A stretch of DNA of 59,778 bases from a virus: IMG/VR virus record IMGVR_UViG_3300027296_000001, positions 1-59,778 of that record. One strand, 5' to 3'. Of the stretch, positions 33,195 through 41,546 are shown piece by piece; within the stretch, counting starts at the first letter, position 1, and each line of letters starts with the position of its first letter. The position numbers and the translations under genes were made by a program. The notes under the pieces are model-generated. The model searched no databases and had not been told where the DNA came from. It saw only the letters and a program-made list of their open reading frames with translations.

Positions 33195-34570
33195 CGATCT
33201 ACAAGGCATTGTCCGCGAACGTCGAGCCCGTCGGCGATCGTCAGGTGCGCGTGATCTGCTCGACCGGCGAGGAGGACCGCGCCGGCGACATCGTCGTCCA
33301 GGAGGGCGGTGATCTCACGGCTTATCGCGAGAATCCGGTCGTGCTCTGGGGCCATGACATCAGCAAGCCGGCGTTGGCCCGCGCGATCGAGATCGACGTC
33401 GTGGACGGCAAGCTGCAGTCACTGGTCGATTTCGGGCCGGAAGGCATCGATCCGCTGGCGGAGATGGTTCTCGCCAAGGTCAAGGCCCGCATTCTGAACG
33501 CGGTCTCGATCGGCTTCACGCCGCTGAAATCCGAGCCGCTCGATCCCGGCAATCCGAAGAAGGGACCGCAACGGTACACCATGTGGGAGCTTGGCGAATT
33601 CTCGTTCGTCAACGTTCCCGCCAACGCAGGAGCTCTCACGGTGGCACGCTCGAACTCGGCAGCATCGGCGCAGTGGAAGGTCGGTGCCTCGCGCAATCTC
33701 CCGGTCCTCGCCACCAAGGCCCAGACGCGCGACATCGCGGCGAAATCGATCCTGGATCATGCGGAATTCTCGGGCGATCACCCGAACTCGGCTTTCGCGC
33801 GCAAGGGTTTCCTGGTTTACGACGCGGCCGATGCGGAGAGCGACGGCGCCTATCGGATTCCGTTCGCCGATGTTGTCGACGGCCGGCTCAGCGTCACCGC
33901 CGCCGGTCTGGCGGAGGCGAAGGCACTGCTCGCAAAATCCGATCTCCCTGACGACGTCGCCGCGAAGGCGGCCGCGGTTCTCGATCATTATGAGGCAAAA
34001 ATGAGCAAGACAGCCGAGACGGAAGGCGCGACGACGGTCACCAAGGATAGCAAGACCCCCGTGATCAAGAGCCTCTATGACGTCGCCTCGCTGGCCTACG
34101 CGCTTTCGAATCTCGGTTATCTGCAGTTCAGCGCTGCATGGGAAGCCGAGGCAGAGGGCGACGGCTCCGGCGTGCCGGCGATGCTTGCGGAGGCGTGCCG
34201 CCAGGTCGGCGATGCGCTCGTCGCGATGACCGCCGAGGAGGTCGGCGAGCTGCTGGCCCAGATGGTGCCTGAGAGCGACGATGCGGTCGCCAAGGGGCTC
34301 TGCACCAAGGATGCGAAGCCGCTGGTCAAGGCGCTCGCGATCGTCGAGGTCAAGGCCGGTGCGACCTTCTCCGCGGCCAACCGCAAGATCATCAAGGGCG
34401 TGCATGCAGCGCTGGTCGAACAGTGCTCCGCCCTCAACGACATGCTCGGCGATAGCGAGGACAGCTCGGCCGCCGATGACACTAGCGCGTCCGACAAGGA
34501 CAAGTCGGCGGACGAGCTTCGACAGAAGCGCCTCCGCGAAGTCGATCAGTTGGCCATCACGCCCGTCTGA
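33191..34570 (+). CDS. Prohead serine protease (S78/U35) with a C-terminal extension of about 250 aa
   Basis: EEDRAGDIV...NPVVLWGHD...SIGF...GEFSFVNVPANAGA. Confidence 0.85.
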   Translation: MTIYKALSANVEPVGDRQVRVICSTGEEDRAGDIVVQEGGDLTAYRENPVVLWGHDISKPALARAIEIDVVDGKLQSLVDFGPEGIDPLAEMVLAKVKARILNAVSIGFTPLKSEPLDPGNPKKGPQRYTMWELGEFSFVNVPANAGALTVARSNSAASAQWKVGASRNLPVLATKAQTRDIAAKSILDHAEFSGDHPNSAFARKGFLVYDAADAESDGAYRIPFADVVDGRLSVTAAGLAEAKALLAKSDLPDDVAAKAAAVLDHYEAKMSKTAETEGATTVTKDSKTPVIKSLYDVASLAYALSNLGYLQFSAAWEAEAEGDGSGVPAMLAEACRQVGDALVAMTAEEVGELLAQMVPESDDAVAKGLCTKDAKPLVKALAIVEVKAGATFSAANRKIIKGVHAALVEQCSALNDMLGDSEDSSAADDTSASDKDKSADELRQKRLREVDQLAITPV

Positions 34571-34655
34571 TCGGTCCGTTCTCTGCCGGCGACATGTCGG
34601 TCCTGCCCATCATCACCGGCTCCTGGGCAAGGCCTCATTCACAGGATTTTTGACC

Positions 34656-36206
34656 ATGAAACTTCGAATGTTCCATCTGGTGGCGTTCGCCGCCATCGTC
34701 GCGATCGCGACCGTCGCAGTGATCGGTTTCGACATCACCCCGCTCGCGCATGCTCACGGCGTCTCGCAGTTCGTCGCCGAAGCCGGCGCCGCGGCCCTGC
34801 AGGTCAAGATGACCGATCTGCTCAAGAAACGGAACGAGGCCTATGAGGCGTTCACCGCGATCGCCACCAAGGCGGATTTCAATCCGGCCACCGACCAGGC
34901 CGATTACGATGCCAAGAAGAAGGCCGTGACCGACCTCGATTCCGAGATCACGCGCGCCAAGGACGCGCAAGAGCTCGCAGCCAAGTCGGCGAAGCCCGTC
35001 GCCGGTCAGGAGCGGGAGACCGTCCCGGCCTCGGTCGAAACCGACAAGTACGTCAAGGAGAAGTCGTTGCTGCTCGGCGGCGTCGCCAAGATGATTGGCG
35101 TCGGTGGCGGCAACATCTTCGGTGCCCGTCAGGCCGCGACCGAGATCTATGGCGAGAGCCACCCGGTCACGCGCGCGCTCGTCACCTCGCAGGGTGCCTC
35201 CGGCGGCTTCCTGGTGCCGCCCGACGTCATGAACGAAGTGATCCCGTTGCTGCGCGCCAAGGCTATGGTGCGCAGCGCCGGCCCGCGCGTGATCCCCATG
35301 CCCCGCGGCACCATGACGCTTCCCGGCGCTGCTTCGGCAGCAACCGCCGGCTATGGTCCGGAGGGCGGTCGCATTTCGGCCTCGCAGCAGTCGCTCCGCT
35401 CCATCGTCGCCAGCTTCAAGAAGCTGACCGCCCTGGTGCCGGTGTCGAATGACATGATGCGCTATGCCGATCCGGCGATCGACGCCTTCGTGCGCGATGA
35501 CCTGGTGCTGGTGATGGCGCTGGCCGAGGACAAGAACTTCATCCTGTCCGACGGCACTCAGGATACCCCGCGCGGCTTCCTGTCCTTCGCCAATGGTCAC
35601 GTCGCGGCCAATGGCGGCACCGCCGGCGTCTGGAGCACCTCGGCCAACTCGGTCTTCGCGGTGAACGGCGCTGACCCGGCCAATGGCACCGGCGGCAACT
35701 TCATCACCTCGAACCAGACCTATACGCTCGCAACCGTTGCCGCGGAGCTGGGCGGGGCCGTCAACCGGCTCGACCAAGCCAACGTGCCGGAGAACAAGCG
35801 CGTCTGGTTCATGAATCCGCGCTCCTGGAACTATCTGAACAACGTCCAGAATTCGCTGGGCGTCTACGTCTACCGCGACGAGCTCAGCAAGGGCCTGCTG
35901 CTCGGCTATCCCGTCAAGAAGTCGACCCAGATCCTCACCACGTATTGGAATGCCGATGGCTCCAACAAGGATCTGTCCTTCGTCTTCCTGGTCGAGATGA
36001 CCGAGGACATCCTCCTAGACTCGATGCAGCTCGAGCTCGCCGTGTCCCGGGAAGGCATGTACGTCGCCGCCGATGGCTCGACGCGCTCGGCATTCCAGAA
36101 CGACGAGACGCTGATCCGCGCCATCGCCGAGCACGATCACCAGATGCGGCACCAGGCCTCGGTCGCCGTGATCCAGGCAGTGCGCTGGGCGCCGGCGATC
36201 TCCTGA
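34656..36206 (+). CDS. Major capsid protein, HK97 family (start uncertain: 34656 or 34809)
   Basis: ASGGFLVPPDVMNEVIPLLR core. The 51 codons upstream have gene-like third-position GC and encode a hydrophobic segment. Confidence 0.9.
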   Translation: MKLRMFHLVAFAAIVAIATVAVIGFDITPLAHAHGVSQFVAEAGAAALQVKMTDLLKKRNEAYEAFTAIATKADFNPATDQADYDAKKKAVTDLDSEITRAKDAQELAAKSAKPVAGQERETVPASVETDKYVKEKSLLLGGVAKMIGVGGGNIFGARQAATEIYGESHPVTRALVTSQGASGGFLVPPDVMNEVIPLLRAKAMVRSAGPRVIPMPRGTMTLPGAASAATAGYGPEGGRISASQQSLRSIVASFKKLTALVPVSNDMMRYADPAIDAFVRDDLVLVMALAEDKNFILSDGTQDTPRGFLSFANGHVAANGGTAGVWSTSANSVFAVNGADPANGTGGNFITSNQTYTLATVAAELGGAVNRLDQANVPENKRVWFMNPRSWNYLNNVQNSLGVYVYRDELSKGLLLGYPVKKSTQILTTYWNADGSNKDLSFVFLVEMTEDILLDSMQLELAVSREGMYVAADGSTRSAFQNDETLIRAIAEHDHQMRHQASVAVIQAVRWAPAIS

Positions 36207-36232
36207 GCGGCGCCCTAGGCACCGCTCTCCAC

Positions 36233-36263
36233 GCGCCGGCGCAGCGCTTGGCCGCCGGCGCGT
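36233..36263 (+). promoter_or_regulatory. 10-bp GC hairpin just after the capsid gene (no T-run)
   Basis: CGCGCCGGCG-N11-CGCCGGCGCG. Confidence 0.4.
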
Positions 36264-36301
36264 AAGTCTCCGCAACCTCATTCCCGAAGGGATCATCAGC
36301 A

Positions 36302-36772
36302 ATGAACACGATTGTTCTCCAGCGCGACGTCGGCTCGCTCGGCGCGATGAAGCGCCTCACGGCGGCCGCCTCCGCGACCGCAGCCTCGACCGGCGATTCC
36401 ACCACCACCACGGGCGCGACCATCGACCGTATGGGCTTCGGCGCCGGTTCTATGCCGAATACGCTGGCCGCCGCGGTCGCGTGGGAAGCGACGCTGGCCA
36501 CCGGCAAGACCTTGTCGATCGGCTATGCCTGCCAGGACTCGGCCGACGGCAACAACTGGTCGGATTACCAGACCGGTACCTATGCCGCGGTCGCGACCGG
36601 TTCGACGGCCGCCTCGGCCCTGGCCGGTGAGTTCGAGGTCTCGGTCAACCTGACCTCTGCGCGCCGCTATGTGCGGTTCAACTTCGCCGAGGATCTCTCG
36701 GCGACCCAGACCGACACTTCCGCCGCCCGCGCTGTGGGCTTCTTTGCCGGCTTCGATCGCCTGCCGGCCTGA
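36302..36772 (+). CDS. Hypothetical structural protein, Ser/Thr/Ala-rich
   Basis: 156 aa. Lies between the capsid and glycosyltransferase genes. Confidence 0.55.
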   Translation: MNTIVLQRDVGSLGAMKRLTAAASATAASTGDSTTTTGATIDRMGFGAGSMPNTLAAAVAWEATLATGKTLSIGYACQDSADGNNWSDYQTGTYAAVATGSTAASALAGEFEVSVNLTSARRYVRFNFAEDLSATQTDTSAARAVGFFAGFDRLPA

Positions 36773-37569
36773 TGAGCGCGACCTCTCAACCGGGCGGGCC
36801 GGCCACGGCCGTCTCGCCCGAGATCGCGGCGCGCCTCGAGCGTGCGCGTCAGCGCTCGGTCATGATCTGCACGCCGGTGGCCCGCAACCCGGTCTGGCAG
36901 TATACGGCATCGCTGGCCTCGACGCTGCTGTTCCTCAAGGAGCAGGGCATTCGCTGCACCTTCCAGTTCGTCGTCGGCGGCTCCGTCATTCACAAGGCCC
37001 GCAACGAACTCTGCGCTCACTTCCTGATGAGCGACTATACCGATCTGCTGTTCGTCGATGACGATATGGAATGGTCTCCGAACAGCGTGCTGCGCGTGCT
37101 GGCTTCCGACAAGCCTGTCATCGGCGCGGTGGGGCGCATGCGCGTCCAGAAGCCGAATTCCGATCCGGCCGTGTGGTGCTGGCGGCCGCTCCATCAGGCC
37201 AGGGCGCTCAACCAGGATGAGATGGGCGCGATTGAGGTGAAGGGCGTTGGCGCTGCCTTTCTGCTGATCAATCGCGGCGTGCTGTTCGAGATGGCGAAGC
37301 AGCGCCCGAGCTGGAAGCGCGCTGGCGCGCATGACTGGCCGCAGGAGCTGCGCGATCATTATTTCGAGTTCTTCCGGACCGGCGAGGAGGGCTCCGACGC
37401 CGAGATCGGGGAGGACTACCTCTTCTGCAATCGGTGGCGCGCGATGGGCGGTTCGGTCTGGGTCGACCCGACCATCGCGCTCGGCCACGTGGGTTCATTC
37501 AATTATCGCGGCTCGATCGAGGAGCTGCTCGCAGCGGCTCCGGAGGAGGGAAACAATGTCCATTCGTGA
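36772..37569 (+). CDS. GT-A-fold glycosyltransferase-like protein
   Basis: VMICTP...KARNEL...LLFVDDDMEW...GVGAAFLLI...GEDYLFCNRW..G..VWVDP....GHVG. Confidence 0.7.
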   Translation: MSATSQPGGPATAVSPEIAARLERARQRSVMICTPVARNPVWQYTASLASTLLFLKEQGIRCTFQFVVGGSVIHKARNELCAHFLMSDYTDLLFVDDDMEWSPNSVLRVLASDKPVIGAVGRMRVQKPNSDPAVWCWRPLHQARALNQDEMGAIEVKGVGAAFLLINRGVLFEMAKQRPSWKRAGAHDWPQELRDHYFEFFRTGEEGSDAEIGEDYLFCNRWRAMGGSVWVDPTIALGHVGSFNYRGSIEELLAAAPEEGNNVHS

Positions 37570-37867
37570 TCTGCTCGAGGCCAAGGCCCATGCGCTCGCC
37601 GAAGAGATGGCGACCGCGCCGACTGTGCTGCATCTGCAGGCGGCCGCCCATCATCTGACCGTCGAGCTGCGGCGCGAGCTCGACACGTTGATTGCAGACT
37701 TTCGCCCCGCCGGCGCCGAAGTGAAGCGCGAGACGGCTCCGGCGCCTGCCGAGGCGCCGGCGGCAGAGGCTGCGCAAAGCGACGCCGCGGCGCCGCCGAC
37801 CGCTGCCATCGAGCAGGCCGGGCCCGCTATCGTTGAACCCGCTGCCGCCGCGGAGGTCGCGTCGTGA
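37556..37867 (+). CDS. Hypothetical protein, Ala/Pro-rich tail
   Basis: SD GGAGGAGGG precedes ATG 37556. Confidence 0.5.
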   Translation: MSIRDLLEAKAHALAEEMATAPTVLHLQAAAHHLTVELRRELDTLIADFRPAGAEVKRETAPAPAEAPAAEAAQSDAAAPPTAAIEQAGPAIVEPAAAAEVAS

Positions 37868-38091
37868 TCGGCGTCCGTTTCATCCGCGCTGTGCGTCCCT
37901 ACGGGGCGGGCGACATAGCGATGTTGCCGGATGATGCCGCCCAGGCTGTTATCGACGCCGGCGATGCCGAGCTCGCCGAGCTGCCCAACGCCCCTCACGC
38001 CCATGAGGCCGGTTATCGCCCTGCCGTCACCAAGCCGCTTCAGCCGGCTTCCGCCGGCCGCCAGGGCTATCAGACCAAGAAGGGACGCTGA
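37864..38091 (+). CDS. Hypothetical protein
   Basis: GTG start, GTGA-coupled. Confidence 0.45.
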   Translation: MIGVRFIRAVRPYGAGDIAMLPDDAAQAVIDAGDAELAELPNAPHAHEAGYRPAVTKPLQPASAGRQGYQTKKGR

Positions 38092-38094
38092 GCC

Positions 38095-38358
38095 ATGGCC
38101 GATCCGTACAAGAACGCTGGCGGCGATCTGCAGAGCTTCGGCCGTCGAGGCAAGGTGATCACGCCTGGGGCCAGTGATCTCACCGACGTGGCGAAGGGAA
38201 TTGTTGTGCTTGCAGCCGGTGATGCGACAGTCATTCCCGTCGACAATGCCGATGCCGGCACGCTCACCTTCACGGGTCTGTCGGCTGGCCAAATCATTCC
38301 CTTCCAGGTGCGCCGCGTGACCGCGGCGACCGCAACGCTTGCCACGATCGAGGGCTGA
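38095..38358 (+). CDS. Head-spike-base-like protein (resembles the RcGTA rcc01079 family)
   Basis: 87 aa with ...TLTFTGLSAGQIIPFQVRRVTAATATLATIEG. The family assignment is recalled from memory, not searched. Confidence 0.5.
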   Translation: MADPYKNAGGDLQSFGRRGKVITPGASDLTDVAKGIVVLAAGDATVIPVDNADAGTLTFTGLSAGQIIPFQVRRVTAATATLATIEG

Positions 38359-38363
38359 GACCC

Positions 38364-39647
38364 GTGCCGTCGCTAGGGTTGAAACTTTCACTCCCAGCCA
38401 GAGGCCTTGGGTTAGTGAACAACGTGCCGTCGTGGGTGCTGCGCTCCAGCGGCATCGCGGCGGCTGCCGATCTGGATTTCCAGAACGGTCAATATTACGG
38501 CGGCCAGCTCGCTTCGTTGCTGACATGCTCGCGGGCTTCTACAGGTTACGCGAAGAACAGCGGCGGTCTGCTTATCTCATTCGCGAACGACGCTCTTCGC
38601 ATTACCGATCTTGGGCTCCTCATGGAGGAGAGCAGAACCAACGCGCTGGCGTGGAGCAATAATCCGCCGAATTGGAGTATTCCGCAGGTGGGCTGTTCCG
38701 CCGCCCAGAACGTAGTCGGACCGACAGGTACGGCGAACGAAGCGTGGACCATCACTCAGACCGGGGCGAACGCTTCGGACAGTCGATATCAGAACAACGC
38801 TGCGGTAACGAGCAGTTCGAACACCTACAGGATTTCATGCTTCGTCAAGAAGCAAGCCTCAGTGGCTGCATATCCCGCCTTAAAGGCTTTGTTCACGGGT
38901 GGGACGCAAGTTGATACAGGCATCGTCATTGATGTCGTCAATGGTGCGGCGACTGCACTGAACGGATCAGCCACCAACATTTCGGTTGAAGATTACGGAA
39001 GCTTCTGGCGGGCGTCGTTTTCTGTGGCCGATAATGCGACTGGTAACACGCTGCTCGCATATTCATTTTATCCGGCCTGGAACGCTAGCTACAGCATCAC
39101 AAAAAACACGGTTAGCGGAGCAGCGAACGTCTTTGCGTTCGGGCAGCGGGAGCTTGGAGCGTTTACAACCTCTTACATCCCGACGACTTCATCGAGCGCG
39201 TCAAGGTCAGCTGATGTAATTAATGTCGCTGGCTCGCTGGCTTCTTTGCTCGCGAATTCTTCGAGCGGCTCGGCTTATGGCTCAGCCGCTGGGTTGCCTA
39301 CGACCAGAACCGGCAACGCCGCGATCCTATCATCGTCGCCCGCGCTACCGTTGTTCATCAATGCGACCGGAACGGGCAAAGCAGCAACGTTTAACGGCAC
39401 CAATTCCATCACGCTCGCCAACGCGAACACTTGGAGCGCGGGTGCAAAGGCAGTGCTCGGCTGGGATGGGTCTGGCCGGTCGATAGTCTCTACCGGCAAT
39501 TCGCTGTTGAGTGATGCCAACACAATCGGCTTGGGCGCCAGCGTTTCTCTGGCTTCTGGCGGCAATGCGTTGAACGGATATCTGCGGAGACTGGCCGTCT
39601 GGTCGTCTCGCCTCTCTGACACAAACCTAACCGCGCTAGCAGCGTAA
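38364..39647 (+). CDS. Head-spike fibre / LamG-jelly-roll-like protein
   Basis: 427 aa, Ser/Asn/Thr-rich, ending GYLRRLAVWSSRLSDTNLTALAA. GC is lower than the flanks. Confidence 0.5.
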   Translation: MPSLGLKLSLPARGLGLVNNVPSWVLRSSGIAAAADLDFQNGQYYGGQLASLLTCSRASTGYAKNSGGLLISFANDALRITDLGLLMEESRTNALAWSNNPPNWSIPQVGCSAAQNVVGPTGTANEAWTITQTGANASDSRYQNNAAVTSSSNTYRISCFVKKQASVAAYPALKALFTGGTQVDTGIVIDVVNGAATALNGSATNISVEDYGSFWRASFSVADNATGNTLLAYSFYPAWNASYSITKNTVSGAANVFAFGQRELGAFTTSYIPTTSSSASRSADVINVAGSLASLLANSSSGSAYGSAAGLPTTRTGNAAILSSSPALPLFINATGTGKAATFNGTNSITLANANTWSAGAKAVLGWDGSGRSIVSTGNSLLSDANTIGLGASVSLASGGNALNGYLRRLAVWSSRLSDTNLTALAA

Positions 39648-39657
39648 AGGACGAACC

Positions 39658-40017
39658 ATGAAGCTTCATTTGATGCAATTCGACACTGAGCAGGCTGCAA
39701 TCGACGACGGCTCGGTCGGCGCGTTCCATGCGCCTTACCAGAACGAATTTTTCCCCGGTGGATGGGACCAGAGCCGCACTTTCCCGAATACGTCGGTCTT
39801 TATCACTCAGGCACTCCAAGCCGGGTTCTGGATCATCATCGCGCTCGATGACAGCAACACGACGCTGGCGCAGCACTCCGGTTGCCGTCTCGCGTGGGAC
39901 AACGAAAGCGCCGTGATCCTCGGCGGCACCTATACCGGCAACGATATGTCAGCGTTGTTCGTCTCGCCCGTGCCGGCCGGCGCGTACAATCCTTGGAACG
40001 GCGCTGCGCCGGAGTAG
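39658..40017 (+). CDS. Hypothetical protein
   Basis: 119 aa, lower GC. Confidence 0.5.
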   Translation: MKLHLMQFDTEQAAIDDGSVGAFHAPYQNEFFPGGWDQSRTFPNTSVFITQALQAGFWIIIALDDSNTTLAQHSGCRLAWDNESAVILGGTYTGNDMSALFVSPVPAGAYNPWNGAAPE

Positions 40018-40066
40018 TCCACTCCCTCAGGGTTGGCGGCCGCTCCCTGGACGCTCCGCGACATCA

Positions 40067-40210
40067 TCATCGCTGGCGGTTGACGACAAGGTACCAACCG
40101 ATCGCCGCGACCGCTGCGACGGCCAAGGTTGGGATGAGCGGCTCTCCCTCCACGACCGCGAGAGTCGCGCCGGTTGCGATCAAAATCGCGACGGCCCAGA
40201 AGTCATCCAT
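40067..40210 (-). CDS. 47-aa hydrophobic membrane peptide
   Basis: MDDFWAVAILIATGATLAVVEGEPLIPTLAVAAVAAIGWYLVVNRQR. It overlaps the stop of the upstream RHH gene by 8 nt. Confidence 0.45.
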   Translation of the reverse strand: MDDFWAVAILIATGATLAVVEGEPLIPTLAVAAVAAIGWYLVVNRQR

Positions 40211-40388
40211 GGTTCTTGGCTGCCTTCTCTTGTCGATCGAGCTCGTGCTCGACGGCGTCACGGATGAACTGAGCCATGCCGCGATCGCCGACCAGCGCGC
40301 GTATGCGTTCGCGGAGATCTTCGGTGAGGCGCACGTTGGTAGGTTGAGCGCCGAGGGAAGGGCGGCCGACAGTCCTCTTCTTCGCCAT
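40203..40388 (-). CDS. Ribbon-helix-helix (CopG-like) DNA-binding protein
   Basis: MAKKRTVGRPSLGAQPTNVRLTEDLRERIRALVGDRGMAQFIRDAVEHEL. Confidence 0.65.
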   Translation of the reverse strand: MAKKRTVGRPSLGAQPTNVRLTEDLRERIRALVGDRGMAQFIRDAVEHELDRQEKAAKNHG

Positions 40389-40453
40389 GGTTGAGCAGCT
40401 CCATAAAATTGCAGCGAATCTGGCAAGCATCTATCTACCACGGTTAAGCAATA

Positions 40454-40495
40454 ACGGCGCCGTTTATTGCGGTGATTTACGGCGCCGTTTATTGC
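40454..40495. repeat. Two perfect 17-bp direct repeats ACGGCGCCGTTTATTGC (40454-40470, 40479-40495)
   Basis: Read directly. The first is part of the near-palindrome GCAATAACGGCGCCGTTTATTGC. They lie in the divergent RHH/recombinase promoter region. Confidence 0.8.
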
Positions 40496-40502
40496 TTTGC
40501 GG

Positions 40503-41531
40503 ATGAAGCTGCGAAAGCTCATCCGCCGATATCAGAATGACCCGCTGTCGAGCTGGCACAAGCTGCGCTACGCTACCCGGCAGAACCATCGCAACCTTCT
40601 GCGCCAGATCGATCGCCGCTACGGCCATGTCCGGCTGAAGAAGATCAAGGGCCGCACGCTGCTGAAATGGCATGCGCAGTGGCTCGACGGTACCAAGTTC
40701 TCGGCGGCCCGCGCCTTCATCAAGAAGATCCGCGTTCTGTTCGGCTACGGGCTCACCATCCTCGAGGACAGGGAGTGTGCGCGTATCCGGCAGGTGATGA
40801 CGGCGATGCGCTTTCCCGGCTCGCCCAGGCGCAAGCAGCGCATTACCTTGGAGCAAGCAAGCGCGATCATCCGTACGGCACATCGCGTGCGCGACGGCGC
40901 GGTGGCCTTGGCGCAGGCCTTCCAGTTTGAGCTGATGCTCCGGCAGAAGGATGTGATCGGCGAATGGATGCCGATCGACGAGGAGGGTGAGGGCTACGTT
41001 GTCGACGGTGACGAGACCTGGTCGCGCGGCCTGCTCTGGGAGGAGATCGACGACGACCTGGTGCTGCGTCATCGCACCAGCAAGACCGGCAAGATCGCCG
41101 TTTTCGACCTGAAGCTCGCCCCGCTGGTCCTGGCCGAGCTGAGGCGCAGGAACCGGCCGGAGTGCGGCCCGATCATCGTCTCGCCGGCGACAGGCCAGCC
41201 CTATCGGGCGCATCAATTCCGCCGCGCCTGGCGCGAGATCGCGCGCGATGCCGGCGTTCCCGACGACGTCTTCAACATGGACAGCCGCGCCGGCGCCATC
41301 AGCGAGGCCTTTGATGCGGAGGCGGATCCGGACTTCATCCGCACGGCCGCCACCCACAGCGAGCTCGCCACCACGCAAGGCTACAACCGCGGTGATGAGC
41401 TCGCCCGATCGCGCAAGGTGGCGCGAGCACGGATCCGGAAACGGCCGGCGACAACGCAGCGCCGCACAACAAGGGTAGGGGCCCGACGTCCCGCACAACG
41501 ATCGCGCGGCGCCCTCGCGGCTGCCGCATGA
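40503..41531 (+). CDS. Tyrosine-recombinase-like protein (second integrase-family gene)
   Basis: LRQKD (Arg I), SKTGK, FNMDSRAG (Arg II, but the usual His is replaced) and ATHSELATTQGYNR (His and Tyr). Confidence 0.7.
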   Translation: MKLRKLIRRYQNDPLSSWHKLRYATRQNHRNLLRQIDRRYGHVRLKKIKGRTLLKWHAQWLDGTKFSAARAFIKKIRVLFGYGLTILEDRECARIRQVMTAMRFPGSPRRKQRITLEQASAIIRTAHRVRDGAVALAQAFQFELMLRQKDVIGEWMPIDEEGEGYVVDGDETWSRGLLWEEIDDDLVLRHRTSKTGKIAVFDLKLAPLVLAELRRRNRPECGPIIVSPATGQPYRAHQFRRAWREIARDAGVPDDVFNMDSRAGAISEAFDAEADPDFIRTAATHSELATTQGYNRGDELARSRKVARARIRKRPATTQRRTTRVGARRPAQRSRGALAAAA

Positions 41532-41546
41532 CAATGACGAGGCACG

